A DNA stretch of 64,000 bases, from the NCBI GenBank assembly GCA_964639615.1, contig CAZXHH010000002.1, forward strand, positions 8,290 through 72,289. The letters run 5' to 3'. Of this stretch, positions 9,157 through 18,694 are shown one piece after another (position 1 is the stretch's first letter; each line of letters begins with the position of its first letter). The position numbers were made by a program, and so were the translations under genes. Origin of the DNA: Candidatus Woesearchaeota archaeon (lineage in GTDB: Archaea > Nanobdellota > Nanobdellia > Pacearchaeales > GW2011-AR1). The notes under the pieces were generated by a model, which was given only the letters and a program-made list of their open reading frames with translations, made no database searches and was not told the origin of the DNA.

Positions 9157-9402
9157 ATGGGGTTCAAAAAAGAGTTTAATTTTCTTATTCTCATTTTGGT
9201 TGCATTAGTTGCAATTGTTGCAATTGTATCTATAGTAATTTTAGTTTTAAATTCACAAGAGTATTCCCAACGTTCTGTTATCTCTGGTAATGCTTCTATA
9301 ATTGATAATTGCGTGATTGAAACAGATTCTTCTATTACTGGACAAAGCGTAGTTTCTTGCCCTAATTTTGAAGTTATAGGCGGTACGGTTGTGAGGAGAT
9401 AA
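9157..9402 (+). CDS. Small membrane protein (81 aa)
   Basis: N-terminal TM helix (LILILVALVAIVAIVSIVILVL) followed by a Cys-containing tail. Confidence 0.35.
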   Translation: MGFKKEFNFLILILVALVAIVAIVSIVILVLNSQEYSQRSVISGNASIIDNCVIETDSSITGQSVVSCPNFEVIGGTVVRR

Positions 9403-9420
9403 TCTTTTTGAAGTTTTAAA

Positions 9421-11547
9421 ATGGGACTAGAAACTATTCTTAAAACAATTAAAAAATCTTTTATATTTCCTTCAATCTTTTTTTGCTCTCCTCTTTTTTC
9501 TCAAGATATTCAGCATGATATTCCTCATATTGCAGATTCTATTATAAATTCTGCTTGGAATTATTATGATGCTAATTTGCTTGATTCTTCATTTGTGAAT
9601 TTTGAAAAAGCATATAATTTTTCATCTGAAAATAATAATTTAAATGGTCAGATAAGATCACTTTTGGGATTATCTGAAATTCATGTGCGAAAAGGAGAGT
9701 TTCTATTGGCGTCAGATAAACAACGAATTCTTTTAGAAAAAAGCCTTCTCCAAGGAGATTCTTTACGTATTGCTGATGCAAATTTAAACTTGGGTTTTTC
9801 ATTATATAAATTGGATTCAATTGAAGATGCTCTTAAGAACACTATGTTTGCTCTTAATATGTATGAACATTTACAGGATAAAAAGGGAATGCATCAAGCT
9901 TATACCAATCTCGCAATGTTTATGGCTAATTTTGCTCCTGGCAAGGCTAGAGATTACATACGTCAAGATTCTACTCTTGTTTCGGATTTAATTGCAAATT
10001 CTTCTGGTAGTGAACGTGATTACTTTCAAAGTAAATTTATTTTAGCAGTTGAAAACATTGGTTATACCTTTCATTCCGAAGGATTACTTGATATTGCAAA
10101 GCAATATTATGTTAGTGCAGATTCTCTTGCAAAAGCATGGAATAGAGAATTTAATTTAACTTCCATTTATAATAAATTAGGAAGTCTATCCCAATCTTCT
10201 GGTGATAAAGAAGAAGCATTGAATTATTATCAACAAGCTTGCGATATCGCAAAAAAATATAATGATGATGTAGGTTTAGCATTTACTTTGCTTAATTGGG
10301 CATCTTTGGATTTACTCAACAAAAATACTTCTGAAGCTTCAAAAAAGTTGACTTCTGCAAAAGATTTATTTGGTAACTCTGATGATTCTTTTTTTGAGCG
10401 CGAGTATGCAAATAATAATTATCAATTGTTCGAACAGAAGGGTGATTATAAGAATGCTCTTTTTTATTATCAAAAATTTAATGATTTAAAATTTGAAAAT
10501 CTCTCAAAGAAAAATTCTGCTCTTGTAGGTTTTATAGAAGCAGAATATCAAACTAAAAAGAAAGAAGAAGAAAATATTCGATTAAAACGAGATTTTGAAA
10601 CAAAAAATCGTGAATTAAAACAAAAGAACAAGCTTTTTTTAACAGCATCCGGTGCAGCGTTATCTGTTTCTGCTCTTTTAATGCTTACAGGTGCAATGTA
10701 TCGTAAGAAAAAGCGTTTAAGTAATATGTTAAGTGAGAAAAATAAAGAAATGCATGCTTTGAATAATATCCTTGAACTTCAAAATTCTGAATTAGAACAA
10801 GCTAATAAAGAGATTGATCAAAGTTTAAAATATGCTAGTTATCAGCAACGTGCTATGGCTCCATCTTCTGAGCAATTAGATTCTTTATTGGGACCTCATT
10901 TTTTATTTCAAAAGCCTAAACAAATTGTATCTGGAGATTTTTTATTTGCAAGAAATCATTCGGATTTTGTTTATTTTGGAGTTTGTGATGGAACAGGTCA
11001 TGGGGTTGGAGGAGCATTTACTGCCATATTATCTTCATCATTTTTACATAATTCTTTGATGAAAAAAAATTGCTCTTTACCTAGTGAAATGTTAACCTAT
11101 GCCAGAGATGAATTAATAAATAATTCTTCTTCCAGTGTTGTTGATTCTGGGTTTGATGGAGTAATTTTTAGATATGATAAAAAAAATAATGAGCTCATTT
11201 ATTCTTCTGCCAATAATCCTTTTTTTATTCATAGAGATGGTTCATTGATTATTCATGGAAAAAATCATGTTTCTGTTTCCCCTTGTGATACAAAAGGTGT
11301 TTTTGTTGACCACAAAGTTGATATTATGCCTGGAGATATGTTATACACTTTTTCTGATGGATATAAAGATCAATTTGGTGGACCTTATAACAAAACCTTT
11401 TCAACAAAGCAGTTTAAGGATTTATTAACTAATATTGGGACTAGTTCTCTTGAGGACCAATTAGCTAAATTAGAAAGTTCATTCTCTTCCTGGAAAAAGG
11501 ATGGGGAACAAACTGATGATATTACTGTTTTGGGCGTAAGATTTTAA
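9421..11547 (+). CDS. TPR-repeat protein with TM helix and C-terminal PP2C/SpoIIE-type Ser/Thr phosphatase domain
   Basis: Signal-like N-terminus, TPR-like repeats (NYYQQA..., ALFYYQKF...), a TM helix (LTASGAALSVSALLMLTGAMY) and a coiled coil. The PPM motifs are GVCDGTGHGVGGA, FSDGY and ITVLGVRF. Confidence 0.7.
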   Translation: MGLETILKTIKKSFIFPSIFFCSPLFSQDIQHDIPHIADSIINSAWNYYDANLLDSSFVNFEKAYNFSSENNNLNGQIRSLLGLSEIHVRKGEFLLASDKQRILLEKSLLQGDSLRIADANLNLGFSLYKLDSIEDALKNTMFALNMYEHLQDKKGMHQAYTNLAMFMANFAPGKARDYIRQDSTLVSDLIANSSGSERDYFQSKFILAVENIGYTFHSEGLLDIAKQYYVSADSLAKAWNREFNLTSIYNKLGSLSQSSGDKEEALNYYQQACDIAKKYNDDVGLAFTLLNWASLDLLNKNTSEASKKLTSAKDLFGNSDDSFFEREYANNNYQLFEQKGDYKNALFYYQKFNDLKFENLSKKNSALVGFIEAEYQTKKKEEENIRLKRDFETKNRELKQKNKLFLTASGAALSVSALLMLTGAMYRKKKRLSNMLSEKNKEMHALNNILELQNSELEQANKEIDQSLKYASYQQRAMAPSSEQLDSLLGPHFLFQKPKQIVSGDFLFARNHSDFVYFGVCDGTGHGVGGAFTAILSSSFLHNSLMKKNCSLPSEMLTYARDELINNSSSSVVDSGFDGVIFRYDKKNNELIYSSANNPFFIHRDGSLIIHGKNHVSVSPCDTKGVFVDHKVDIMPGDMLYTFSDGYKDQFGGPYNKTFSTKQFKDLLTNIGTSSLEDQLAKLESSFSSWKKDGEQTDDITVLGVRF

Positions 11548-11560
11548 TGACCAAACAAAT

Positions 11561-11570
11561 TTTTATAAAC
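11561..11570 (+). promoter_or_regulatory. TATA-box-like element (TTTTATAAAC) about 23-32 nt upstream of tRNA-Gly
   Basis: The spacing matches an archaeal BRE/TATA position relative to the mature 5' end of the tRNA. Confidence 0.4.
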
Positions 11571-11592
11571 TAATAAATTTTGTTTTAATTAT

Positions 11593-11663
11593 GCGTTCCT
11601 AGTTTATCGGTAGAATATCTCGTTGCCAACGAGGTGAGCCGGGTCCGACTCCCGGGGAGCGCA
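11593..11663 (+). tRNA. tRNA-Gly (anticodon GCC)
   Basis: Manual cloverleaf: acceptor GCGTTCC/GGAGCGC with a G-T wobble, anticodon stem TCTCG/CGAGG, loop TTGCCAA, T-arm CCGGG-TCCGACT-CCCGG, discriminator A. No CCA is encoded. Confidence 0.8.
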
Positions 11664-11700
11664 TAAATAAATCTTTAAACATGAATCTCTTACATTTAAT

Positions 11701-12009
11701 ATGGTAAAGAAAATTAATATTTATACAGGGTTATATGAAGAAGTTAATGATAATCCATTAACTACAGGCGAAGCATTATATGTTGCACAAAGAATGAGTT
11801 CTGGTATGGCCTGTCCTCGTAATATGGTTGAAAGATTTTATAATCCTCCTGTAGAAAAACCAATAATACCTAAAATACCTCAGATAGATAATAACATAAA
11901 GCTAATAGAGCCTCAAATAAAAATTCATATGGATTCAACATTAAATACAATTAATAATTTCTTAAACGATAAACCAAAAAAGAAAAAGAACATTTGGGAT
12001 ATAGATTAA
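11701..12009 (+). CDS. Hypothetical protein (102 aa)
   Basis: ORF only. Pro-rich middle and basic tail. Confidence 0.35.
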   Translation: MVKKINIYTGLYEEVNDNPLTTGEALYVAQRMSSGMACPRNMVERFYNPPVEKPIIPKIPQIDNNIKLIEPQIKIHMDSTLNTINNFLNDKPKKKKNIWDID

Positions 12010-12157
12010 TTCTAACCTTCCTATATTATATATAAATCTTACAAATAGTTATAAAAGATGTTACTATAAAGATGTCCTAATTATGTAAATAATAGTGTAA
12101 CTTCAAAAGGATAACAAAATAGAAACATTTATAAAGTTCTTTTTTCTCGAAAAAGCT

Positions 12158-13519
12158 ATGAGAAAAACAAAGTCACTTTTAAATGACAAAATAAAGAGCG
12201 TAAAAAATACTCTAGCAGGTTTAGCTATGACTGGACTTGGATTAATTGTTGCTTCACAAGATGTTGATGCACAAAAAACAAAATTTCCAGAAAATCAAGA
12301 TCATGGTGCTGCATTCTATAAAGGAAAAACAAATTCAGTTTACAGCTTAGAAGAAAAAGTATTTTATAATGCAATAACTGGAAAAGAAGAAAGATTCTAT
12401 ATGCAATATGTTGATAAGAATAAATATGCTAATGATTTAGATATTGTTGCTCTTGATTTCTATAAAACTATTCCAAAAATGAATCTTCAAACTGGAAAAG
12501 TTGGAGAATTAAGATCAGAAGATGGAAGTTATTATTTTACACCAGAAAAATTAGCAGATGGTAAAGAAGCTAATTCTATAGTTATAGAAAATTTGCACAT
12601 TGCAGATTGGTGTGATGATCAGATAAGAGAAAGAGCAGGTGTTGAAAAAGGAATAAATTATATTTCAATAACTGATATGGAAAAATTACTTCCAGAACAA
12701 GAAAGATTAAGATTAGGGGATAACAGAAAATTCATAGTCCTTACAGTTCCTAAAGAACTTCAAGTAAAAGGAAAAACAAATTACTATTTAGTTCCAGTTG
12801 ATGCAGAACACGAAATTGGATTCAATCCTGTAACTAAGAAACTTACACTCTATGGAAAAGTATACAGAGGAAATTTAGATGAAACACCAGTAAAAGTTGA
12901 TGCAAAGACAGGTGTTGCTTCTCCTATTGGAACTAATTTAAACAGAGATGAATCTTTTCAAGAATCAAAATCAGATAGTGCAGAAGTAAAACAACCAAAA
13001 GAAAAGAAACCGTCTAAATTATCTTTAATAGTAGGTGGAGAAGGAGATGGTAATGCTTTTTGGACAGGAGAATTAGGAGTTCAATACGGACCTATTGCTA
13101 TTGTAGGAGACATGGGTAAAGGAGCAAATGAATATTTTGCAAAAGACATAACAACAACTGCTTCACCAATAACAGGAAGATACGGATATGGAAGAACAGA
13201 TATTACTGATGTTAAAGTTAAAGGTGCTAAAGCAGAAGTTCATATACTTAATGATAAGGCAATTTCTCCTTTTGCTGCATTTGGATTAAATAATTATAAT
13301 TACAATGTAAAAGATACTGAAGAAATATTAGATGCTAACGGAAATATTGTAAAGCAAAATGTTAATACAAGAACAGATTCAGAAAATTCTATGCAAGGAG
13401 TTGTTGGAACAAACATAAGACTTGGAAAAAACGGAAAAACAAAATTAAGAGTAGAAGCAGGATATGATACTAAAGCTAAATTCTTCGGAGGAGCAGGCTT
13501 TTCTTTTGACATAAATTAA
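12158..13519 (+). CDS. Secreted protein with signal peptide (453 aa)
   Basis: N-terminal signal peptide (LAGLAMTGLGLIVASQDVDAQ). The C-terminal third is Gly-rich and predicted beta-rich (GAGFSFDIN). Confidence 0.5.
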   Translation: MRKTKSLLNDKIKSVKNTLAGLAMTGLGLIVASQDVDAQKTKFPENQDHGAAFYKGKTNSVYSLEEKVFYNAITGKEERFYMQYVDKNKYANDLDIVALDFYKTIPKMNLQTGKVGELRSEDGSYYFTPEKLADGKEANSIVIENLHIADWCDDQIRERAGVEKGINYISITDMEKLLPEQERLRLGDNRKFIVLTVPKELQVKGKTNYYLVPVDAEHEIGFNPVTKKLTLYGKVYRGNLDETPVKVDAKTGVASPIGTNLNRDESFQESKSDSAEVKQPKEKKPSKLSLIVGGEGDGNAFWTGELGVQYGPIAIVGDMGKGANEYFAKDITTTASPITGRYGYGRTDITDVKVKGAKAEVHILNDKAISPFAAFGLNNYNYNVKDTEEILDANGNIVKQNVNTRTDSENSMQGVVGTNIRLGKNGKTKLRVEAGYDTKAKFFGGAGFSFDIN

Positions 13520-13520
13520 A

Positions 13521-15173
13521 ATGAACACTCTTAAACTATTACCTATATTAATATTAAGCATGTTTTTAATTAGCACTGCAAGTGCTGTAGCTGTTTATGG
13601 TGATTGGCAAGGTTCAACTCAAGATGCAACAATCACAGATGGACAAAACATAATGTTTAATACAGATTTTATCTCTGTAAATCCACCTATAACACTTAGT
13701 ATTAAATTATATGATTCTTCATCAAATTTAATTTATTCTTTTGAAAACTCAAAAGTTGTAAATAATTACAGTTTCTTCAATTCATACGAACTTACTGATG
13801 CAATTTATAAAAATCCAGGAAACTATGAAATAGTATTAACTGCTTCAGACAAATATTATTCTGACTCACACACATTAAACTTAAAGGTAAATGATGTTGT
13901 AACAGTAGATACAACTGCTCCTGTAATAACACTTGTTGGAGCAAGTACAATAAATTTAACTTTAGGAACAGCATACACAGAACTTGGAGTAACTGCTACA
14001 GACAATGTTGATGGAGATGTAACAGGAAAAATAGTTATTACAAATCCAGTTAATGTTTTTGCTGTAGGAACTTACACTGTAAGATACAATGTAAAAGATA
14101 GTGCTGGAAATTCTGCTACAGAAGTTACAAGAACAGTTAATGTTTTAGCTGCTGGAACAGATACAACTGCACCAGTTATAACAATTATAGGTGCAAATCC
14201 AATGACTCTTACTTTAGGAACAGCTTATATTGAAGATGGAGCAACTGCTACAGATAATGTTGATGGAGATATAACAGGTCAGATAACAATTACAAATTCT
14301 GTAAATATTTATGCTATAGGAACTTATACTGTTTTATATTCTGTTACAGATAAAGCAGGAAATAAAGGAAATGCTACAAGAATAGTTAATGTTGTTGCTG
14401 GAAACACTACAACTGATACAACTGCTCCTGTAATAACACTTTTAGGAACTAATCCAATAAGTATTGCTCTTGGAAGCACATATGTTGATGCTGGAGCTAC
14501 AGCATTTGATAATTTTGATGGAGATATAACAAGCAAAATTATAGTTGTAAACACTGTAGATACAAGCGCTGTTGGAACTTATGTTATAACTTATAATGTT
14601 AAAGATAATGCAGGAAACAGTGCAACTGAAGTTACAAGAACTGTTGGAGTATACAATCCAACTGATACAACTGCTCCTGTAATTCAAGTAATTTCTCCTA
14701 TTTCAAATAAAAAATACACTACTACTAATTTAGTATTTGAAGTGTTAGTTGATGAAATTGCAGAAGTTCAATTTAGCTTAGATGGAGGAAATAAAACTTC
14801 AATGGACTTTGTTGGAATGTCTGGAACAAAATTAAAATTCACATATAATGCTACACTTACTAAGAGTGCACACACAATAGTATTTTATGCAACAGATACT
14901 GCTGGAAACAATGCAACTAAAACAGTAAGTTTCTCAATGGATACATCAAAATCAACTAGCGGAACTAAGACAAGTTCTAAAGTTATTACAAATAATGACG
15001 ATGAAACTGAATATTTAAAACAATTTGAGAAAAAACAAGTTATCTACTTAGAACAAGATGAAAATACTTCAACAGAAAAAACTAGCGGGCAAAAACTATT
15101 AAACTGGTTAATAGGAATATTAATTGTAATAGTTGTTCTTTTAATTCTTGCTCTTATAAGCTTAAGAAGATAA
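13521..15173 (+). CDS. Surface protein with four tandem Ig-like (DUF5011-type) domains and a C-terminal TM anchor
   Basis: Signal peptide, then four ~80 aa repeats of the form TTAPVITL.G...LTLGTAY.E.GATATDNVDGDITG.I.ITN.V....GTYTV.Y.V.D.AGN.AT..TR.VNV. C-terminal helix GILIVIVVLLILALISL followed by RR. Confidence 0.6.
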   Translation: MNTLKLLPILILSMFLISTASAVAVYGDWQGSTQDATITDGQNIMFNTDFISVNPPITLSIKLYDSSSNLIYSFENSKVVNNYSFFNSYELTDAIYKNPGNYEIVLTASDKYYSDSHTLNLKVNDVVTVDTTAPVITLVGASTINLTLGTAYTELGVTATDNVDGDVTGKIVITNPVNVFAVGTYTVRYNVKDSAGNSATEVTRTVNVLAAGTDTTAPVITIIGANPMTLTLGTAYIEDGATATDNVDGDITGQITITNSVNIYAIGTYTVLYSVTDKAGNKGNATRIVNVVAGNTTTDTTAPVITLLGTNPISIALGSTYVDAGATAFDNFDGDITSKIIVVNTVDTSAVGTYVITYNVKDNAGNSATEVTRTVGVYNPTDTTAPVIQVISPISNKKYTTTNLVFEVLVDEIAEVQFSLDGGNKTSMDFVGMSGTKLKFTYNATLTKSAHTIVFYATDTAGNNATKTVSFSMDTSKSTSGTKTSSKVITNNDDETEYLKQFEKKQVIYLEQDENTSTEKTSGQKLLNWLIGILIVIVVLLILALISLRR

Positions 15174-15174
15174 A

Positions 15175-15447
15175 ATGTTAAATTACATAAAAAAGGGGCA
15201 AAAAGCATATTTTCTACAAACTTACGATGATAGAGGAAAGCCCAAATTTGAAATATACAAATTAAAAGATATATTAAATATAACAGATCATAAAGAAGCA
15301 TGTGGATATGGAAAAGTAATAAGAGAAGAAGATAATATTCTACATCTATATCCAGGAGAAGTAAATCTAGAGCATATTAAAAAATACAATGAATCAAGAA
15401 ATACGAATAAAAGAATAGAAAGAGATCTTGAGTTCAGAATTCATTAA
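15175..15447 (+). CDS. Hypothetical protein (90 aa)
   Basis: ORF directly abutting the upstream stop. Confidence 0.4.
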   Translation: MLNYIKKGQKAYFLQTYDDRGKPKFEIYKLKDILNITDHKEACGYGKVIREEDNILHLYPGEVNLEHIKKYNESRNTNKRIERDLEFRIH

Positions 15448-15463
15448 CAAAATAATTTAATAA

Positions 15464-15610
15464 AAATCATCCAGCTAAGCTTATACCACCTTTAAGAATC
15501 ATTATTATTCCAAAGATAAGAGAAAGCGTACTTGCATGAAATGCTACCATAATTAAGATACCTGCAAGTATATCCAATGCTCCCATAATTCTCAAAAGTA
15601 AGTCACTCAT
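15464..15610 (-). CDS. Small hydrophobic protein (~48 aa), not in the ORF track
   Basis: Manual translation gives MSDLLLRIMGALDILAGILIMVAFHASTLSLIFGIIMILKGGISLAG. Confidence 0.3.
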
Positions 15611-15664
15611 AAGATTACCTAAACTAATTTTATTATAAATTTATCTAAAATAGCAAAAATAATC

Positions 15665-15970
15665 TTAATCTTTCTTATCCTTAAAAGAAGTTTTATCTTC
15701 TAATTCACATCCTAAACTAAGCATATCTTTAGCAAATTCTTTTGCTTTAATGTAGGCAAGATTTATTGCTTCATCTTCATAATCTAATATGCCTAAAATA
15801 GATGTTCCACATGCTTCACCAAAGTCATGTCTTGTCACAACATACTTATCATTAAAACTATCGTGTGCTTCAAACCTAGAATAGAAGTTCTTGGTATCAT
15901 AATTATCTGTATCAGAAACAATGAAGATTTTTTTATTTTCTTCACTAATTAATTTGTCTCTTAAACCCAT
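15665..15970 (-). CDS. Hypothetical protein (101 aa)
   Basis: ORF only. Confidence 0.4.
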   Translation of the reverse strand: MGLRDKLISEENKKIFIVSDTDNYDTKNFYSRFEAHDSFNDKYVVTRHDFGEACGTSILGILDYEDEAINLAYIKAKEFAKDMLSLGCELEDKTSFKDKKD

Positions 15971-16026
15971 GGTTAAAATTATTCATTTGATTATTTAAGG
16001 ATTATTATAATGAAAAATCAAAAAAA

Positions 16027-16097
16027 TGGTCGCAGGAGGAATCGGACCTCCGCCTTCTCGGTGTAAACGAGAGGGTCTACCATTAGCCTATGCGACC
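16027..16097 (-). tRNA. tRNA-Val (anticodon TAC)
   Basis: Reverse complement folds as acceptor GGTCGCA/TGCGACC, anticodon stem TCTCG/CGAGA, loop TTTACAC, T-arm GGAGG-TCCGATT-CCTCC, discriminator A. Confidence 0.8.
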
Positions 16098-16187
16098 TTA
16101 TAAAAAATTGAATTTTTCAACACTTTTAAGCTTTTGCTTTCACAAGCTTTTTAAGAACAATTTTCTTAATTTAAGGAGGTAAAAGAG

Positions 16188-17039
16188 ATGATATATTTTC
16201 CAATTTTAGCTGCACTAGCATTGGCAGGAGGAACTATCTTTGAAAGGGAAATGCTTAAGAAAAAAAGCATGGATATTAAGAAATTTCATGTTCTAGAGTT
16301 TTTTGGAATAGTTGTTGCTATGCTTCCAATTTTATACTTTTTCTGGAAAATAGATTCACAAGCATTTGAACTCAAAAATATAATAATATTCTGTATAATA
16401 ATTGTAATCTCTTTAATCGCAAATATTTTTACTTTTTATTCTATGAAAGGTGAAAAGGTGAATAATTTAGAACCTGCGAAGATGCTAGAACCATTATTTA
16501 CTATTCTTCTTGCAATTATATTTAGCATGTTTTTTAAGGGAGTTTATAAAAGCAACACAAAAATGATTATACCTACCATTATTGCAGGAGCAGCACTTAT
16601 TCTTTCACATGTAAAAAAAGAACATCTAAATTTTAATAAATATTTCTTAGCAGCAATTGTTGGAAGTTTCTTCTTTGCACTTGAACTTGTAATATCTAAT
16701 TTAATATTAGAATTTTACTCCCCTGTAACTTTTTATTTTATAAGATGCTTTGCAATAATGATATTAAGTTGGATTATACTCAGACCAAAATTGAATAGAG
16801 CAGATGGAAAACTTAAATGGAATATTCTTTTTGTAGGAGCGATTTGGGTAGTTTATAGAGTTGCAGCATATTATGGTTATCTTAAAATTGGGATAATATC
16901 AACAACATTAATTTTAATGCTTGGAGCAATATTTACATACATACTTGCAAAAATTGTTTTAAAAGAAAAAATAAGTACAAGAAATATAATTGCATCAGCA
17001 GTAATTTTAGCATGCGTAATTTATGCTAATTTTTTCTAA
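16188..17039 (+). CDS. EamA/DMT-family transporter (10 TM)
   Basis: Polytopic membrane protein built from two repeated five-TM halves, typical of DMT/EamA. Confidence 0.65.
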   Translation: MIYFPILAALALAGGTIFEREMLKKKSMDIKKFHVLEFFGIVVAMLPILYFFWKIDSQAFELKNIIIFCIIIVISLIANIFTFYSMKGEKVNNLEPAKMLEPLFTILLAIIFSMFFKGVYKSNTKMIIPTIIAGAALILSHVKKEHLNFNKYFLAAIVGSFFFALELVISNLILEFYSPVTFYFIRCFAIMILSWIILRPKLNRADGKLKWNILFVGAIWVVYRVAAYYGYLKIGIISTTLILMLGAIFTYILAKIVLKEKISTRNIIASAVILACVIYANFF

Positions 17040-17169
17040 TGAATTCAATCAGCAAAAATACAGAAATTAATTATTAACATTAATCACAATACAACCATGC
17101 TCAACTATTACAAGAATATACTAGTAGTCACAAACGATTAAAATAGAACTGATAATAAATAAAAAGAAA

Positions 17170-18294
17170 TTAAGGTATAATCTCAGGACCAAAATATCTC
17201 TCAAATTCAAAATCCTTCTCTAGAATAACTTTTTTCTCAAGAAGTTCTTTTATTTCAGGTATTCTTTTTTTAAGTTCCTCAATTAAGTGAATTATTGTGC
17301 AACATATTAGCTTTTCTCCTTCAGCAGGCCATAATTTTGCATAATTACTATAAAGACATCTTCCGCCACAAACATTTAGATAACTACAAGAAGTACACGG
17401 TTCTCCAACATAAATTTCTTTTAATTTAGTATTTGGCTTTTCTAAATCACCGCAATAAAAATTCTTTATTCCATTTGATATAGGACAACTTACAATCTTT
17501 CCATTAGTTGAAATAGTATAATTTGCAAATCCAGACCCGCATTGAAGTTTCATTTTTCTATTAAAGTATAGAGATTCAAATATCCCTAAAAAAGGATATA
17601 ATTTCAAAACTTTCTTTTTATTTTTCATGTATTTAATCCAAAAAGTAATTAATTTGTCAATTGAAGAATTGTAATCTGTAACAAACTTGGTAAATTTCTC
17701 TTTATCATAATCAAATTTGTAAAAGCCAGCATCAATCTGCCAGTGAACACTATCAAAAATTCCTTTTTCAATTAAATTTACAAGATGTTTAACCTGCTCA
17801 AAAATATCTGGAAATTCTAAAGTCATTCTTGCAACAATTTCTCCATTAAATCCATTTCTCCTTATCTCCTTCAAATTCTTTAAAACCAAATCATAAGTCC
17901 CTTTTCCCCTATTTTCATCTGTTCTCTCTTTAGTCCCATCGCATGAAACAAGCATCTTAGACAATTTGTTAATATATTCAAAAGGAATTTTATCTAAAAG
18001 TTTACCATTTGTTTGAATACAAAATTTAACATTTTTTTTACTCTTTTCAATTTCATCAATAATCTCTTTCATTTTGTTAAAATTAACAAGTGGCTCTCCA
18101 CCATAAAAAATGAGTGTATCTCCATCTTTCAAAAACTCTGTAACTTTCGAAGGTTCAACATGTGAATCACAAGGAATGTCAAAATCAAAGTCAAATTTCT
18201 TTTCAAGTTCATTGTTAAATTCCTTCATTGATTTCTCATAACAATATTTACACTGAGAATCACATTTTTCTGTTAATATAATATGGTAATGCAT
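17170..18294 (-). CDS. Radical SAM enzyme with C-terminal SPASM-like Cys cluster
   Basis: CDSQCKYCY (CxxxCxxC) near the N-terminus. C-terminal CTSCSYLNVCGGRC. Confidence 0.7.
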   Translation of the reverse strand: MHYHIILTEKCDSQCKYCYEKSMKEFNNELEKKFDFDFDIPCDSHVEPSKVTEFLKDGDTLIFYGGEPLVNFNKMKEIIDEIEKSKKNVKFCIQTNGKLLDKIPFEYINKLSKMLVSCDGTKERTDENRGKGTYDLVLKNLKEIRRNGFNGEIVARMTLEFPDIFEQVKHLVNLIEKGIFDSVHWQIDAGFYKFDYDKEKFTKFVTDYNSSIDKLITFWIKYMKNKKKVLKLYPFLGIFESLYFNRKMKLQCGSGFANYTISTNGKIVSCPISNGIKNFYCGDLEKPNTKLKEIYVGEPCTSCSYLNVCGGRCLYSNYAKLWPAEGEKLICCTIIHLIEELKKRIPEIKELLEKKVILEKDFEFERYFGPEIIP

Positions 18295-18333
18295 AACAAA
18301 AAATTAGAAAATATTCTTTTTAAGTATTTCATA

Positions 18334-18693
18334 TTAAGATTTTGAATAAATACAATCCACAAATTGTGTAAAAGCATAGATCATTTCACAATAAATATCC
18401 TCAAAATTTGCAAATAACTCTTCTGCTTTTCTCTTTGCATAATATTCGCTATGAAATTTAAGAGTTTCAGGAGAATTTGAAATTATATATTTCCCAAAGG
18501 AAGGTGTATATTCTTTATTGACTCCTGTCCTTTTACGTATGTCTGGCATTTCTTCAATTAATTTGTCGAAAATATCTGTTTCATTTAATTGCAAAAATGC
18601 TTCTCTTTCACAATCAGAGGAATTTGAAATACCTGCTACATAGAAATTATCTAAAATTTTTAATGGAAATTTTTTTTCAATATTTTTAGACAT
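18334..18693 (-). CDS. Hypothetical protein (119 aa) downstream of the rSAM/SPASM gene
   Basis: ORF only. Confidence 0.4.
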   Translation of the reverse strand: MSKNIEKKFPLKILDNFYVAGISNSSDCEREAFLQLNETDIFDKLIEEMPDIRKRTGVNKEYTPSFGKYIISNSPETLKFHSEYYAKRKAEELFANFEDIYCEMIYAFTQFVDCIYSKS

Positions 18694-18694
18694 T

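Noticed and set aside
12158-13519. Possible outer-membrane beta-barrel (Gly-rich, beta-rich C-terminal third).
   Set aside because: The protein ends in DIN rather than an aromatic residue. The organism looks archaeal and would have no outer membrane, so I call it a secreted or surface protein only.
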